Shown here: positions 14,863 through 24,685 of the stretch, one piece after another | Layout of the letters: each line of letters opens with the position of its first letter | How positions within the stretch are numbered: the first letter of the stretch is position 1 | Virus record (IMG/VR): IMGVR_UViG_3300033121_001593 | Span: 32,001 to 96,000 of that record | Direction: 5' to 3' (one strand) | Origin: a virus | Taxonomy: Duplodnaviria > Caudoviricetes | DNA length: 64,000 nt | The notes under the pieces: model-generated | What the model saw: the letters and a program-made list of their open reading frames with translations, nothing else | Told to the model about the DNA's origin: nothing | Database searches by the model: none | Position numbers and translations under genes: made by a program

Positions 14863-15681
14863 CTAGCTCAGGGTCCAGTCACAGTTGCCGGCCGTGAATT
14901 GGATCGAGTCGCCGTCAGCCACGGCGGTGTCAGTCATGGAATTGTCATACCACAGCAGGTCACCGACCGTTGACGCGCTGCACACAGCGACCGCCACGGC
15001 AGTTCCCCACGAACCCCCGGAAGCCGGGCCGACCGTGATGGCGTGAGTATTGTCTACGTTGCCACCGCTGGACAGGTCCCAAGTCGGGCTTGACCCGCCA
15101 TTGATATTGACCTGCACCCTGGCGTAACCGTTGCCGGAAGGCTCGGTGATCGTGGAGCCGGTCATACCGTCCGTGACAACAACCGTGGTCAGGGCAATCC
15201 ACGTCGCGGGCTTGGAGTAGGCGGTATTCCTGAACGCCAGATCGAGCAGCTTGTGAACTAGAAAGTCGCTCATTTGGCCGGCAGCGACCGAGACCTCGAT
15301 TTGCCCAGATGCCACCGTCATCGTTGAGCCGCTGATCGGGGACTTCGATGCCGCGAACGATCCGTAGGCCAGGGCGTTGCCCGCGCCCCACGTTGCCGAG
15401 TCGACAATCGCCCAGTGGGTGACGGTTCCCCATGCGCCGCTGGCGGTGGGGAAAGTCACGGTCCCATTCTGCGAGACCTTACGGGACGCCGCCGCGCTGA
15501 AAGTGATCGCCGTTCGGGCATAGCTGCCAGAGTTGGCGACCTCGGACATAGAAGCGCCCGTGGCGGTTTCGCCGGGATCGGCCGTCGCCAGGGCCAGGTA
15601 GACGGTCGCGGCGGGCGTGTAGGCCACGTTGAAAACGTGATCCATCAACTTATCTTCGAGATAATTCGTAGCGGAACCCAT
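14863..15681 (-). CDS. Tail-fibre-associated protein, tandem duplicated domain (paralog of 14011-14856)
   Basis: TNYLEDKLMDHVF..YLALATADPG..FPTASGAWGTVTHW. Confidence 0.85.
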   Translation of the reverse strand: MGSATNYLEDKLMDHVFNVAYTPAATVYLALATADPGETATGASMSEVANSGSYARTAITFSAAASRKVSQNGTVTFPTASGAWGTVTHWAIVDSATWGAGNALAYGSFAASKSPISGSTMTVASGQIEVSVAAGQMSDFLVHKLLDLAFRNTAYSKPATWIALTTVVVTDGMTGSTITEPSGNGYARVQVNINGGSSPTWDLSSGGNVDNTHAITVGPASGGSWGTAVAVAVCSASTVGDLLWYDNSMTDTAVADGDSIQFTAGNCDWTLS

Positions 15682-15685
15682 TTAG

Positions 15686-18600
15686 TTACTCTCCTTGTAC
15701 ACTTACCGGGACGCTTCTGCGTTCCGATGAACTCAAACCGACAGGGGGAACGGCGGCCACGGAAGGGAAGCAGGCTACCGACCCAGGAACCGAAAGACGG
15801 GGCGAAAGCGCAAACGATGCGCCCAGGGCGTGCAGCCTGGCCGCCGGACCCAGGCCGGCCGACGCGGTCGCAAGCCGGGCCGGAATCGCCATCGGGGATG
15901 CCGGAACCGGGGAGATAGTCGCCTGCGCTAAAGAAGTACCCTTCGAGCTTCTCAATTCGGCCTCCATCATTCCAGCGGGATACGGGGCGTCCTTGTGCCG
16001 GGCTACCATCCATTCGAAGCCCAGCGAGTCCACCAGATTTCCGCCGAAGGCTGCAAAGGTAGCCGTTGCGGAAGTCGCAACCGACTGCCGTCGAGCCAGG
16101 TTCGGAACAGTCACAGATGATACCACAAGGCCCGCAATTAGCAAGGACGCGCGCTTAGAGAGAGCCGGAGTCGTGGTCGCCGAAGCCGAACTACCGGAGG
16201 ACGCAAGGGCCTGCCTTTTGCCAAGGACCGACGTTGTGGTATCAGATGCCGAGCTACCTGACGCCGTAGCAGTTTGACGCCTGCCCAGGATCGGCACACC
16301 GGTACTCGAAGCGGCGCTACCAGAAGGCGCAAGGGCCTGACGCCGGCCAATGACCGGCGCTGTGGTGCTCGAAGCCCCGACCCCGCCAGCCACAAGGGCC
16401 TGACGGTTTCCGAACGCCGGAGTCGTCACACTTGAGGCCGCAGAGCCTGAAGAAGAAAGCACCTGACGCCATCCCAGGATCGCGGTCAACGTCGCAGATG
16501 AGCCGGCCCCGCTTGCCACCAAAGACTGCCGTTTGCCCAGGCCCGCGGTCGTCGTGCTCGAAGCCACGGACCCTGACGACGAAACGGGCTGACGCCACCC
16601 AAGAATGCAGGATTGAGTGGCCGAAGCCGCCGAACCGGAAGCCACGATCAACTGGCGATGACCAAAGATCGGGGACCCGGTCAGGGTTGCGGCCGATCCC
16701 GCTGTAACGAGCGCCTGCTTCCGGCCCATGACCGGGGAGTTGGTGAATGACGCCGCGGTTCCGGTCACGGTGACAAGCTGCCGCCAGCCAAGCAAGGGGG
16801 CTGGCGTTTGAGACGCTGCAACACCGGAGGCCGCCAGGGCTTGGCGTTTCCCTATGATCGGGGTGGTCACTGAAGATGCCACCGCGCCGGCACCCGTCAC
16901 GGCTTGCATGTTCCCGAACATCGGGACCGTAGTTGACGATGCGACAATCCCCGATCCTATCAGGGCTTGGCGCTTTCCGAACAGAGGCCCGGTTGTTGAC
17001 GACGCCGCTGACCCTGAGCCTGTCAGGGCCTGGCGGTTCCCAAACAGGGGAGCCGTAGTAGACGACGCTGCAGCACCGGATACAGACAACCCTTGCCACT
17101 TTCCAAGGATCGGTGACGTAGTAGACGACGCTCCGGCCCCTGTCGCCGTCAAGGCTTGGCGGTTCCCGAACAGGGGCGATGTCGTCGAAGACGCAACCGC
17201 GCCGGCCACGGTCAGGGCTTGGCGGTTCCCGAAAAGCGGGGCAGTCACCGATGACGCCGCGGACCCTGCTGCAGTCACGGACTGGCGGTTTCCGAACGTC
17301 GGAGACGCGGTCGAGGACGCAACGGACCCCGAAGCCGTGAGCGCCTGCCGCTTGCCGACAATGGGCGAGGAAACGGCGGAGGCCGCGGAGCCTGAGACCG
17401 TCAAGACCTGTCGCCATCCCAGGACCGTCGCCGGGGTGGATGACGCTGCCAGGGCCGACGCGGTAAGTTCCTGACGCCGGCCAATCACGGGGGAGGCCGT
17501 AGACGACGCAGCGGAGCCGGACGCCGTCACAACTTGCCGCCATCCGATGATCGGCACAGAAGTAGACGACGCAACCACACCGGATGCTATAGGGACCTGC
17601 CGCCATCCCAAGAGAGGGACGGCGGTAGCTGACGCCGCAGAGCCGGAGGCAATGACCGTCTGCCGATTTCCGAAGATCGGGGCGGTGGTGACCGATGAAG
17701 AAGCGCCCGACGCCAACAAGGCTTGGAGCCGGGCCAGGGCCGCCGAAGTCGTATTCAGCGCGGTCGCTCCTGCCACCGCCAGGGCCTGCGTGTTTCCAAA
17801 AAGGGCGGTCGTTGTCGAGCTACTGCCAGACCCAGCGGCCGCCACCGACTGCCGCTTACCTACCACGGGAGCCGTCACCGAAGACGCAACCGAGCCGGCA
17901 ACGACGAGCGCCTGCATCTTGGCGATATTCGGGGTGGTCGTAGCAGATGCGGTTCCGGCTGAGACGACAAGGCCCTCGCGCTTCATGAGGACCGGGCTAC
18001 TCGTCGCGGACGCAACCGATCCAGACGATACAATGGGCTGCCGCCAACCGAGAATAGCCGCCGCCGTCGCAGACGCGGCGATACCTGACGTTGCAATCAC
18101 CTGCTGCCACTTGAGAATGGCCGACGACGTAATCAGGTTACAAGCACCGGCCACGACGCGCGCCTGCTGTGTTCCCGCGGCCGGGGTGGTCGTAGCAGAT
18201 GCCGCCGATGCCGCTGAGGCCAGGCTTTGGCGGTTCCCAAAAACGGGGGACGTGGTCGATGACGGGGAGACGCCGGCCGCCGTAAGCGCCTGCCTTCTAG
18301 CAAGGATCGGTGAGCCTACGGAAGTCGCCGCCGAACCGCTGGCAATGAGCGCCTGCCAGCCCACCAGAGCAGGGGTGGTGGTGGACGAGCCTACGCTTCC
18401 AGAAGCGGAAAGGGCCTGCCCTTTGCCAAAGATCGGCGCGTTAGTAGAGGACAGGGCCGCGCCCGACGATATAAGCGCCGGACGCCAGCCCAGGATACCG
18501 GCCGAAGTAGACGACGCTGCGGTGCCGGCCGCGGCCAAGGCTTGACGGATGCCGTCAACAGGAGTCGTGGTAGATGAAGCCGCCGTACCGGAGACCACAA

Positions 18601-20068
18601 GGGCCTGCCTCAGGCCGATGGTCTGTGCGGAAGCGGTCGAGGACGTTGCCGCGCCGGATGCCGTAAGGACTTGGGACCTACGCAGAACAGGGTCGGCAAT
18701 AGCGGAGGCCGCGCTGCCTGAGACGGTGAGAGCCTGGCGCTTCCCAAGGACGGGCGACGTTGAACTTGATGCGGCCGATCCCGTAACCACAAGGGCCTGC
18801 CGGAGCGCAGCGGCCGGGACGGTCACGGAAGATGCCGCGCTGCCCGAAGTAACGAGCGCCTGGCGGAGGCCAAAGACGGGGGACGTGGTAGATGAGGCAC
18901 CGGAAGCGGAAGCGGTGAGCGCCTGCCCTTTGCCGAGAGTGGGGGACGTGACCGCAGACGATGCCGAGCCGGAAGACGTAACCAAGGCAACGAACGCCGC
19001 CACCGGGACGCTGACCGCCGTCGCCGCCGAGCCGGAAGACGTGAGCAGCTTCCGCATTCCCAGGGCTGGGGTGTTAGTCGATGACGCGGCGGTCGCGCTT
19101 GAAGTCCTCGGAGCGACCATGCCCAGAATGGTCACATCGGTCGTTTGGCTTTGCAGCAAGCCATTTGTGGAAGTGTAGACCGTGACGGTAGCCGCTGGGG
19201 TGGTCGTACTTGAGGCCGCGGAGCCGGAGGCGGATAGGCTGCTCGTCTTTCGCAGAGCCGGGGTGGTCGTGCTTGAAGCTGCCGAACCGGCGACGGAAAG
19301 ATCGCTAGTCTTCTGAAGGACAGGGGTTGTCGTAGACGAGTCGGCGGTTCCACTCGACGTGAATATCCACGGGTAGACGACGATGATCTTGGCATTTGAG
19401 CCGCTGCCACCGACCCGGTTTGTACCAGTCGTCGTATTCGACCTCCCTGCTCCGCCGCCGCCACCACCGGGGCTTAATCCGTTATTCCCGTTTTGATTCC
19501 GCGCGCCGCCGCCACCGCCGTTGCCACCGCCGTTGGTTCCGACAGCACCGGCGACGGTGTTTGCCGTTGTTCCTGCATTAGAATTTCCGGCCGACGCACC
19601 ACCACCACCACCACCAGAAGCGGCATTGGCATTTGCGCCGCCGCCGCCCGCATAGCTAGTGATGCCGCCGCCTGCCGTGTTCGCTGCGCCCCCCGGACCC
19701 GACCGGTTCCCTGTGTTATTGCCACGAATACCGCCGCCGCCACCGTTGGCACCGATGATGGTCGAAGTATTGCCCCCTGAGTTGTTATTGAATGTTGAGA
19801 CGCCGGCCGCCGTACCGTTTGCATTGCCGGTTCCGCCAGCGCCGCCTGCGCTAATCGTTAGGTCATGGACGTTCCCAGGCACAAGGCCAGTGACGCTGAT
19901 CCTGGCATACGCGCCGCCGCCGCCACCGCCGCCACCGCCTGTGGCGGAGTTATTGTTCGAGCCACCTGCACCACCGCCAGCGCCGAATATCTCTATATCG
20001 GCCCAGGTAACGCCAGCCGGGACGGTCCACGTATTCGCACCGGCGACGGTGAAGGTATTATTAGGCAT
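15686..20068 (-). CDS. Large fibre-like protein: Gly-rich head plus ~50 21-aa Ser/Thr/Ala repeats
   Basis: TWTVPAGVT..GAGGG Gly-rich domain; xSGSAASSTTxPxxGxRQAL repeats. Confidence 0.85.
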   Translation of the reverse strand: MPNNTFTVAGANTWTVPAGVTWADIEIFGAGGGAGGSNNNSATGGGGGGGGGAYARISVTGLVPGNVHDLTISAGGAGGTGNANGTAAGVSTFNNNSGGNTSTIIGANGGGGGIRGNNTGNRSGPGGAANTAGGGITSYAGGGGANANAASGGGGGGASAGNSNAGTTANTVAGAVGTNGGGNGGGGGARNQNGNNGLSPGGGGGGAGRSNTTTGTNRVGGSGSNAKIIVVYPWIFTSSGTADSSTTTPVLQKTSDLSVAGSAASSTTTPALRKTSSLSASGSAASSTTTPAATVTVYTSTNGLLQSQTTDVTILGMVAPRTSSATAASSTNTPALGMRKLLTSSGSAATAVSVPVAAFVALVTSSGSASSAVTSPTLGKGQALTASASGASSTTSPVFGLRQALVTSGSAASSVTVPAAALRQALVVTGSAASSSTSPVLGKRQALTVSGSAASAIADPVLRRSQVLTASGAATSSTASAQTIGLRQALVVSGTAASSTTTPVDGIRQALAAAGTAASSTSAGILGWRPALISSGAALSSTNAPIFGKGQALSASGSVGSSTTTPALVGWQALIASGSAATSVGSPILARRQALTAAGVSPSSTTSPVFGNRQSLASAASAASATTTPAAGTQQARVVAGACNLITSSAILKWQQVIATSGIAASATAAAILGWRQPIVSSGSVASATSSPVLMKREGLVVSAGTASATTTPNIAKMQALVVAGSVASSVTAPVVGKRQSVAAAGSGSSSTTTALFGNTQALAVAGATALNTTSAALARLQALLASGASSSVTTAPIFGNRQTVIASGSAASATAVPLLGWRQVPIASGVVASSTSVPIIGWRQVVTASGSAASSTASPVIGRRQELTASALAASSTPATVLGWRQVLTVSGSAASAVSSPIVGKRQALTASGSVASSTASPTFGNRQSVTAAGSAASSVTAPLFGNRQALTVAGAVASSTTSPLFGNRQALTATGAGASSTTSPILGKWQGLSVSGAAASSTTAPLFGNRQALTGSGSAASSTTGPLFGKRQALIGSGIVASSTTVPMFGNMQAVTGAGAVASSVTTPIIGKRQALAASGVAASQTPAPLLGWRQLVTVTGTAASFTNSPVMGRKQALVTAGSAATLTGSPIFGHRQLIVASGSAASATQSCILGWRQPVSSSGSVASSTTTAGLGKRQSLVASGAGSSATLTAILGWRQVLSSSGSAASSVTTPAFGNRQALVAGGVGASSTTAPVIGRRQALAPSGSAASSTGVPILGRRQTATASGSSASDTTTSVLGKRQALASSGSSASATTTPALSKRASLLIAGLVVSSVTVPNLARRQSVATSATATFAAFGGNLVDSLGFEWMVARHKDAPYPAGMMEAELRSSKGTSLAQATISPVPASPMAIPARLATASAGLGPAARLHALGASFALSPRLSVPGSVACFPSVAAVPPVGLSSSERRSVPVSVQGE
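16070..19360 (-). repeat. Degenerate 63-bp coding tandem repeat
   Basis: 21-aa period, e.g. VAGAVASSTTSPLFGNRQALT / ATGAGASSTTSPILGKWQGLS; bounds approximate. Confidence 0.85.
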
Positions 20069-20738
20069 CGAGGCCCCATGCGGTTATGACCGCTTTCAGA
20101 GCCTCGACTTTCTCAGGGACCGTGATCGTGTACTGGTGCCAAAGATAGTTGCCAGGATCGCCACGGGCCGCCAGGATATTTGTCACGGTCGTGAACTTCA
20201 GGCCGAACCGGGCGATATTGCGGCTGAGAATGTAGTCGTCTATCAGGTGATCCGGGCTGATCCCTGCCGCAAGCTCCGCATGGATCGGGAAGATGTTTGA
20301 CACTGCCTCGTCGTAGGGAATATCTAGCTCGGCCCACAGATCGAGACAGAGCCGGGAGGCCACGGTGAACCAGTTGCACGAGCCGATGTGCCGCCCGTCC
20401 CTGCGGAAATAGTCATCGTAGCGCCAGCGATTGCCCGCCATATCAGCGCCGTTGTGGGCCACGGTATCGGGCGTTAGGTGCTCGGTCACGTCGAACATAT
20501 CCGGGTGAACCAGAGCATCGGAGTCGATATAGATCGACCAGTCGTCGCCTCGCTCACGGGCAAGCCGGCCGATCTGTAACTTCTCGTAGACAGGGGCGAA
20601 GCCGTGCCAGCACCGGGAGTCGATCACATGAAACGAGGCACCGATCTTGGACGCGTAGTGCCTAAGCCACGGATAGGTCAGTTCCGTGATCTCAGGCGCG
20701 TACCCGTCCACGTTGAGCGTGTAGACCGTCTTATTCAT
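20061..20738 (-). CDS. Putative GT-A glycosyltransferase
   Basis: YASKIGASF, YEKLQI, IYIDSDAL (DxD). Confidence 0.7.
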   Translation of the reverse strand: MNKTVYTLNVDGYAPEITELTYPWLRHYASKIGASFHVIDSRCWHGFAPVYEKLQIGRLARERGDDWSIYIDSDALVHPDMFDVTEHLTPDTVAHNGADMAGNRWRYDDYFRRDGRHIGSCNWFTVASRLCLDLWAELDIPYDEAVSNIFPIHAELAAGISPDHLIDDYILSRNIARFGLKFTTVTNILAARGDPGNYLWHQYTITVPEKVEALKAVITAWGLDA

Positions 20739-22342
20739 GTGGAGAAGACGTTACCCCAGTCACCCTCGATGCAGGCAAAGACCTTTGCCGCGCCCGTCGC
20801 CAAATGGTCAGCGCGTTGGGCGATATAGGTCCTGCCCCCGTGGTTGACCTTGAACTCCGGGCTAGTAGGAACAAAGCCGGCGGCGAAAATCGCCTTCTGT
20901 AGCGCCGCGTTCGGGTTGGGGAAGATCACCTGCTGCTTGTCGCCCTCGGCCATCAGCACCGATGACAACGTGCGGGCAGTACCCGCCATTTCTGGAATGA
21001 CCGCTTCCATCTTGTCGCCGGGGCAGGACGTTTGGTTGTTCGGCACGTCCCGATGCCCGCGCACGGGGATGCTACGGCCCAGGTAGGCCCGGATAGCAGC
21101 GATGATCTCACGGCCTGCGTCGATCTCGGCCTGCTCAGGCTTGGTGGTCATGAACGACCCCATGAAGCAGATCGCCACGTCCGGGCCATTGCCCTCCCTG
21201 GCGTGATATGAGATCACGTCAAGGTCATTCAGCAGGGAGATGGTCAGGACGCCGTTATAGAGCCTGACGCCGACATGGTAGGCAATGTCTGGCCAGCCCT
21301 TGGTGCCGACGTGATAGCCCCGCACCGTCTGCCAGGTTGTGGCATGGCCGGTCTCGGAGTGGTGAACGTCAATCGCCTTGATCGCGCTGAGCGGGCGACG
21401 GTCGTAGGTGTTGGGCTTGGAGATGTTCTCGAAGCGCGCGCCGATCTTGGTGGCCGCGCCAGCCAGGACCGCCGAAAACGTCTGCGGAGGCTGTGCGGCC
21501 GCGCCCAAGAAGGGGCCGCCTTGGGCGTCGATGTGTTGATCGATCATACCGGAAAGCTCCTCGTCAACTTCGAAATCCGACCAGTCACCGGTCGGGCCAG
21601 AAGTGAACACGGTCGCGCAGAGCACGTAAGGGTCTGCGGCCAGGCCCGCGTCGAACTGGCGAAGTTGCTCCATGTAGACGCCTTTGGTCGGGGCAAACGT
21701 CTTCCAGCCACGTTTAGGCAGAGCGACGACTCCGCCATCGACACCGCACTCCGTAATGAGCAGCGGGGGAAGGGCGATACCGGCCTCGGTCGCATAGCGC
21801 CGGTTACGGCGATACCTAAAGGCGTGCCAGTCATTCATGCCCGCCTCAGGGTGGGAGTAGCCCATCACCCAGTAGCAATGAAAGCCCTCATAGTCACAGG
21901 CTGCCAGGCCCTTGGCAATCGCCACGTAGCAGGCCAAAGCCTGCGCCTCGTCACCACCGGGATTGCCCTCGGAGAGACAGCCGCCGACCACCTTGAGGCC
22001 GGCTGCGTGCATCAGTTCTGCCAGCCGCTTGGTGAACTGACCGAGCGCCGTAGCGAAAGCAAGGTCTGCCACGGGCTGGGGTTCGTTAGGCCCCTCCCAG
22101 GCATGGACATAGGGCGCGCGGGCCACGTAGGGCTGAAGGAACCGGAACCAGACCTCAGCGCCGGCCGCGCCCTGAGACACAAGCCGGTTGCTATCTTCGT
22201 CTGGCATGTAGGCCCGACCGATAACCAGCCGACCGGGCCAGCGGTTTTCCGATGGGGGGTCCATGACCTTGACCCAGCGGGCCGCCGTGTTACCGGCCCA
22301 GCCCGGCAACTGCTGAAAGTGAAGGGCTAACTTTGAAGTCAT
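20735..22342 (-). CDS. Endolysin: GH-like TIM barrel + amidase_2 + C-terminal binding domain
   Basis: WEGPNEP, LLITECG; IDVHHS, GWPDIAYH, ICFMG, RGHRD..TSCPG. Confidence 0.88.
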   Translation of the reverse strand: MTSKLALHFQQLPGWAGNTAARWVKVMDPPSENRWPGRLVIGRAYMPDEDSNRLVSQGAAGAEVWFRFLQPYVARAPYVHAWEGPNEPQPVADLAFATALGQFTKRLAELMHAAGLKVVGGCLSEGNPGGDEAQALACYVAIAKGLAACDYEGFHCYWVMGYSHPEAGMNDWHAFRYRRNRRYATEAGIALPPLLITECGVDGGVVALPKRGWKTFAPTKGVYMEQLRQFDAGLAADPYVLCATVFTSGPTGDWSDFEVDEELSGMIDQHIDAQGGPFLGAAAQPPQTFSAVLAGAATKIGARFENISKPNTYDRRPLSAIKAIDVHHSETGHATTWQTVRGYHVGTKGWPDIAYHVGVRLYNGVLTISLLNDLDVISYHAREGNGPDVAICFMGSFMTTKPEQAEIDAGREIIAAIRAYLGRSIPVRGHRDVPNNQTSCPGDKMEAVIPEMAGTARTLSSVLMAEGDKQQVIFPNPNAALQKAIFAAGFVPTSPEFKVNHGGRTYIAQRADHLATGAAKVFACIEGDWGNVFST

Positions 22343-22584
22343 GAATCTACCTCGGAGAGATACGAAAGGGGAACCAAGCCGCGGGGCGCACGTTCCGCAG
22401 AGAGCATCTTGAACTTGGAGCCGGGGATGATCTCGACCGCGGCCTGGTTCCCGTCAAGGGCCAGGACGTTCACCTTGGCCCCATTGTAGACGATCCCGAT
22501 CTTGGGGTGACGACCGGAGCCGTCACGTAGGGCCAGGCCACCGTCTGCACCGGCGACGGTGGCCTGGCTGCCGGGGGTTATCAT
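22339..22584 (-). CDS. SH3-like small protein
   Basis: GLALRDGSG..IG....GAKVNVL..GLVPLSYL. Confidence 0.6.
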   Translation of the reverse strand: MITPGSQATVAGADGGLALRDGSGRHPKIGIVYNGAKVNVLALDGNQAAVEIIPGSKFKMLSAERAPRGLVPLSYLSEVDS

Positions 22585-23024
22585 CAGATGCCGCACGTAA
22601 CGGAGATACCGGGACCCTCGGCATCGGTGTACCCGATACCCGCTTTCTCGCTGCAAAGCTCCGACCATCCGAAAAGGCTTGTCCCTATGCACTCATACAA
22701 AAGGGTGTTATCGCCCTTGACCGTAACGACCAATTTATCGGGGTCGTTACAGATATTCTTCCATTCCAGACCGTCCTTTGCGGCGGAGACGGTCGGCTGC
22801 GGTGCCGGTTCAATCGGGGGCAGTACCGGGCCAGGAGACGGAGACGACAGAATGGTTTGTCGCGGGGGCGGGCCGGGCGGTTGCGGCGCAGAGCCGGGAG
22901 CCGGGGACGCCAGCGCCGAAGTTGCGACGAGCGCCAGCACCAAGGACAACACAAGGCAGACATACAGGAAAGCGACACGTTTACTCACGAACAGACTCCT
23001 TTGACGGGGATCGCCCGCCTTCAA
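22584..23024 (-). CDS. Secreted Pro-rich protein
   Basis: Hydrophobic signal, Pro-rich linker, Cys domain; start uncertain. Confidence 0.6.
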   Translation of the reverse strand: MKAGDPRQRSLFVSKRVAFLYVCLVLSLVLALVATSALASPAPGSAPQPPGPPPRQTILSSPSPGPVLPPIEPAPQPTVSAAKDGLEWKNICNDPDKLVVTVKGDNTLLYECIGTSLFGWSELCSEKAGIGYTDAEGPGISVTCGI

Positions 23025-23032
23025 AATGGTGG

Positions 23033-24685
23033 TTACTTCAGACCGGCGACGACCGTCTCAAGCGTGCTGACCCGCTTCTTTACCTGTTCAAGCTCGGTCA
23101 GGGTAGGAGTAGGCGTCGGGGTAAGAGTCGGTGTAGGGGTGACGGTGGGCCGCGCCGTCGCGGTCGGCGACGGCCGGGGGGTGAGCGTGACCGGCGGGAT
23201 GGTGGTGGGTAACGGGCCGGGCAGCCGGCGCAGAATACGCCCGTCATTCGGTGCGATACTCACGCTGCGCACGGGCCGGCCATTGTTCACCGCCGTATCG
23301 CCGCCGGGCCGGGAAGTGGCGTCGACCGCGGCATAGCCCTCCGGTAGGTTGACGGTGACCATAGCCGACGTCGGATTGGTCAGGGCAAATCCGTTCGTGT
23401 AGAAACGGCCCCAGACATCGTCGGCCAGCCTCTCGCCGCGCGCTATCGCCTGCGCCATCGTCACGCCGTCGCGCAGGCGAAAGGGATCGCCCTGCGGGCG
23501 GCCGGCCCAGCCGAGATCGGCCGGCGAGTCGGTCGAGCGGCCGGCGGCATTCACCAGGCACTCGTCACAGGGCCACCGGTCGGGGTTCTGCCCGATATGC
23601 AGGACCGTATACATATCGGTCATCATACCAGTGGCCAGCGTAAACCGCCGGGCCTGGTTTTCGGTGGGGAAGGCCATATCCCCGCGCAGTAGAACGCCGG
23701 GCGTGCCGGCCCCTTGAAAGGCCAGGGCGGATGCCATGTGCAGCCCCCAGGCATCCCCAAGGTAGGTGTAGCCGCCCCGGCCCCCGTAAGGGTCGGTGGT
23801 GCAGTCAGGCCACGCCCCATTCGGGAAGGCCCCGTCGAAGTAAAGCGTCTCTTTGCCCAGAAGGTAGTTAGGGCTGCCGGCCCCCGCCAAGCCCGGCCCG
23901 AACGACTCGCCGCCCACCGGGAGGCCGGTCGCCTCGTTGACCGACCGGGCGAAAGCCGCGTAACCGTCCATCTGAGCGGCATCCAACTGGCACTTGGTGA
24001 GCCGGGACGGGTCCATATCCTGCCGGCCATCCCGATCAAGATCGGCGCTAAAGAATGAGCCGATCCCGTGCGGAATGTCCTCCGACTCGACATAGAAGCC
24101 GTTGTAACAGGGTACGCCGTCGCACTGCCGGGCGGCCTGGCCAATGACGAAGTTGGCCAGCCAGGTCGCGTATCCTTGCGTCCAGTTGATCCATGAGCCT
24201 GTGCCCGTCTTTAGCCTCTTACCCGCGGCGTCGTAAACGTACCAGTCATTCCCGTCGACCGCGCTGTAGATCGCGCACGTCTGCGGAAAGGCCGGATTGC
24301 CACAGCCGGACCATGGGATCAGGTAGGTGTGAGTCCCGCCGATCACGACGGCCTTCGGGTTGAGCGAGCGCAGCAAAGCGATGGGATTCTTGACCGTCGC
24401 CAGCGGACTCTTGTCATAGTCGAGCCAGTTGAACATCCACAAAACGCCGTAGTAACTAGCCACGTCGCGGATATGCGCCGCGTTGGCCTCAGCGGCGTTG
24501 TAATCGCCGTCCGTGGTCATTATCAGGGGCGCTGTGTGTCCTAAGCCGAATACGTCGCCAAAGCCCGCCGTAGCCCTTCCTACGGGCGCTACGGGCACAC
24601 TAAGGGGGGCCGGACCAGGCGTCGGCGCGACGCAAGAGGCGGCGAGTAGGGCGAGGACGATCAGCCCCGCCAGGACGCGCCTCAC
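23033..24685 (-). CDS. Lipoprotein, putative glycoside hydrolase
   Basis: Lipobox LLAASC; YNGFYVES, WGRFYTNG..LTNPT; PT-rich tail. Confidence 0.7.
   Translation of the reverse strand: MRRVLAGLIVLALLAASCVAPTPGPAPLSVPVAPVGRATAGFGDVFGLGHTAPLIMTTDGDYNAAEANAAHIRDVASYYGVLWMFNWLDYDKSPLATVKNPIALLRSLNPKAVVIGGTHTYLIPWSGCGNPAFPQTCAIYSAVDGNDWYVYDAAGKRLKTGTGSWINWTQGYATWLANFVIGQAARQCDGVPCYNGFYVESEDIPHGIGSFFSADLDRDGRQDMDPSRLTKCQLDAAQMDGYAAFARSVNEATGLPVGGESFGPGLAGAGSPNYLLGKETLYFDGAFPNGAWPDCTTDPYGGRGGYTYLGDAWGLHMASALAFQGAGTPGVLLRGDMAFPTENQARRFTLATGMMTDMYTVLHIGQNPDRWPCDECLVNAAGRSTDSPADLGWAGRPQGDPFRLRDGVTMAQAIARGERLADDVWGRFYTNGFALTNPTSAMVTVNLPEGYAAVDATSRPGGDTAVNNGRPVRSVSIAPNDGRILRRLPGPLPTTIPPVTLTPRPSPTATARPTVTPTPTLTPTPTPTLTELEQVKKRVSTLETVVAGLK

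Noticed and set aside
15645-16013. Alternative-frame ORF suggesting a frameshifted end of the fibre gene
   Set aside because: Main frame runs to a stop just before the next start; no slippery site recognised
16070-19360. CRISPR array or DGR repeat
   Set aside because: Repeats are degenerate in-frame coding units without spacers; no reverse transcriptase or adenine-specific variable pair seen
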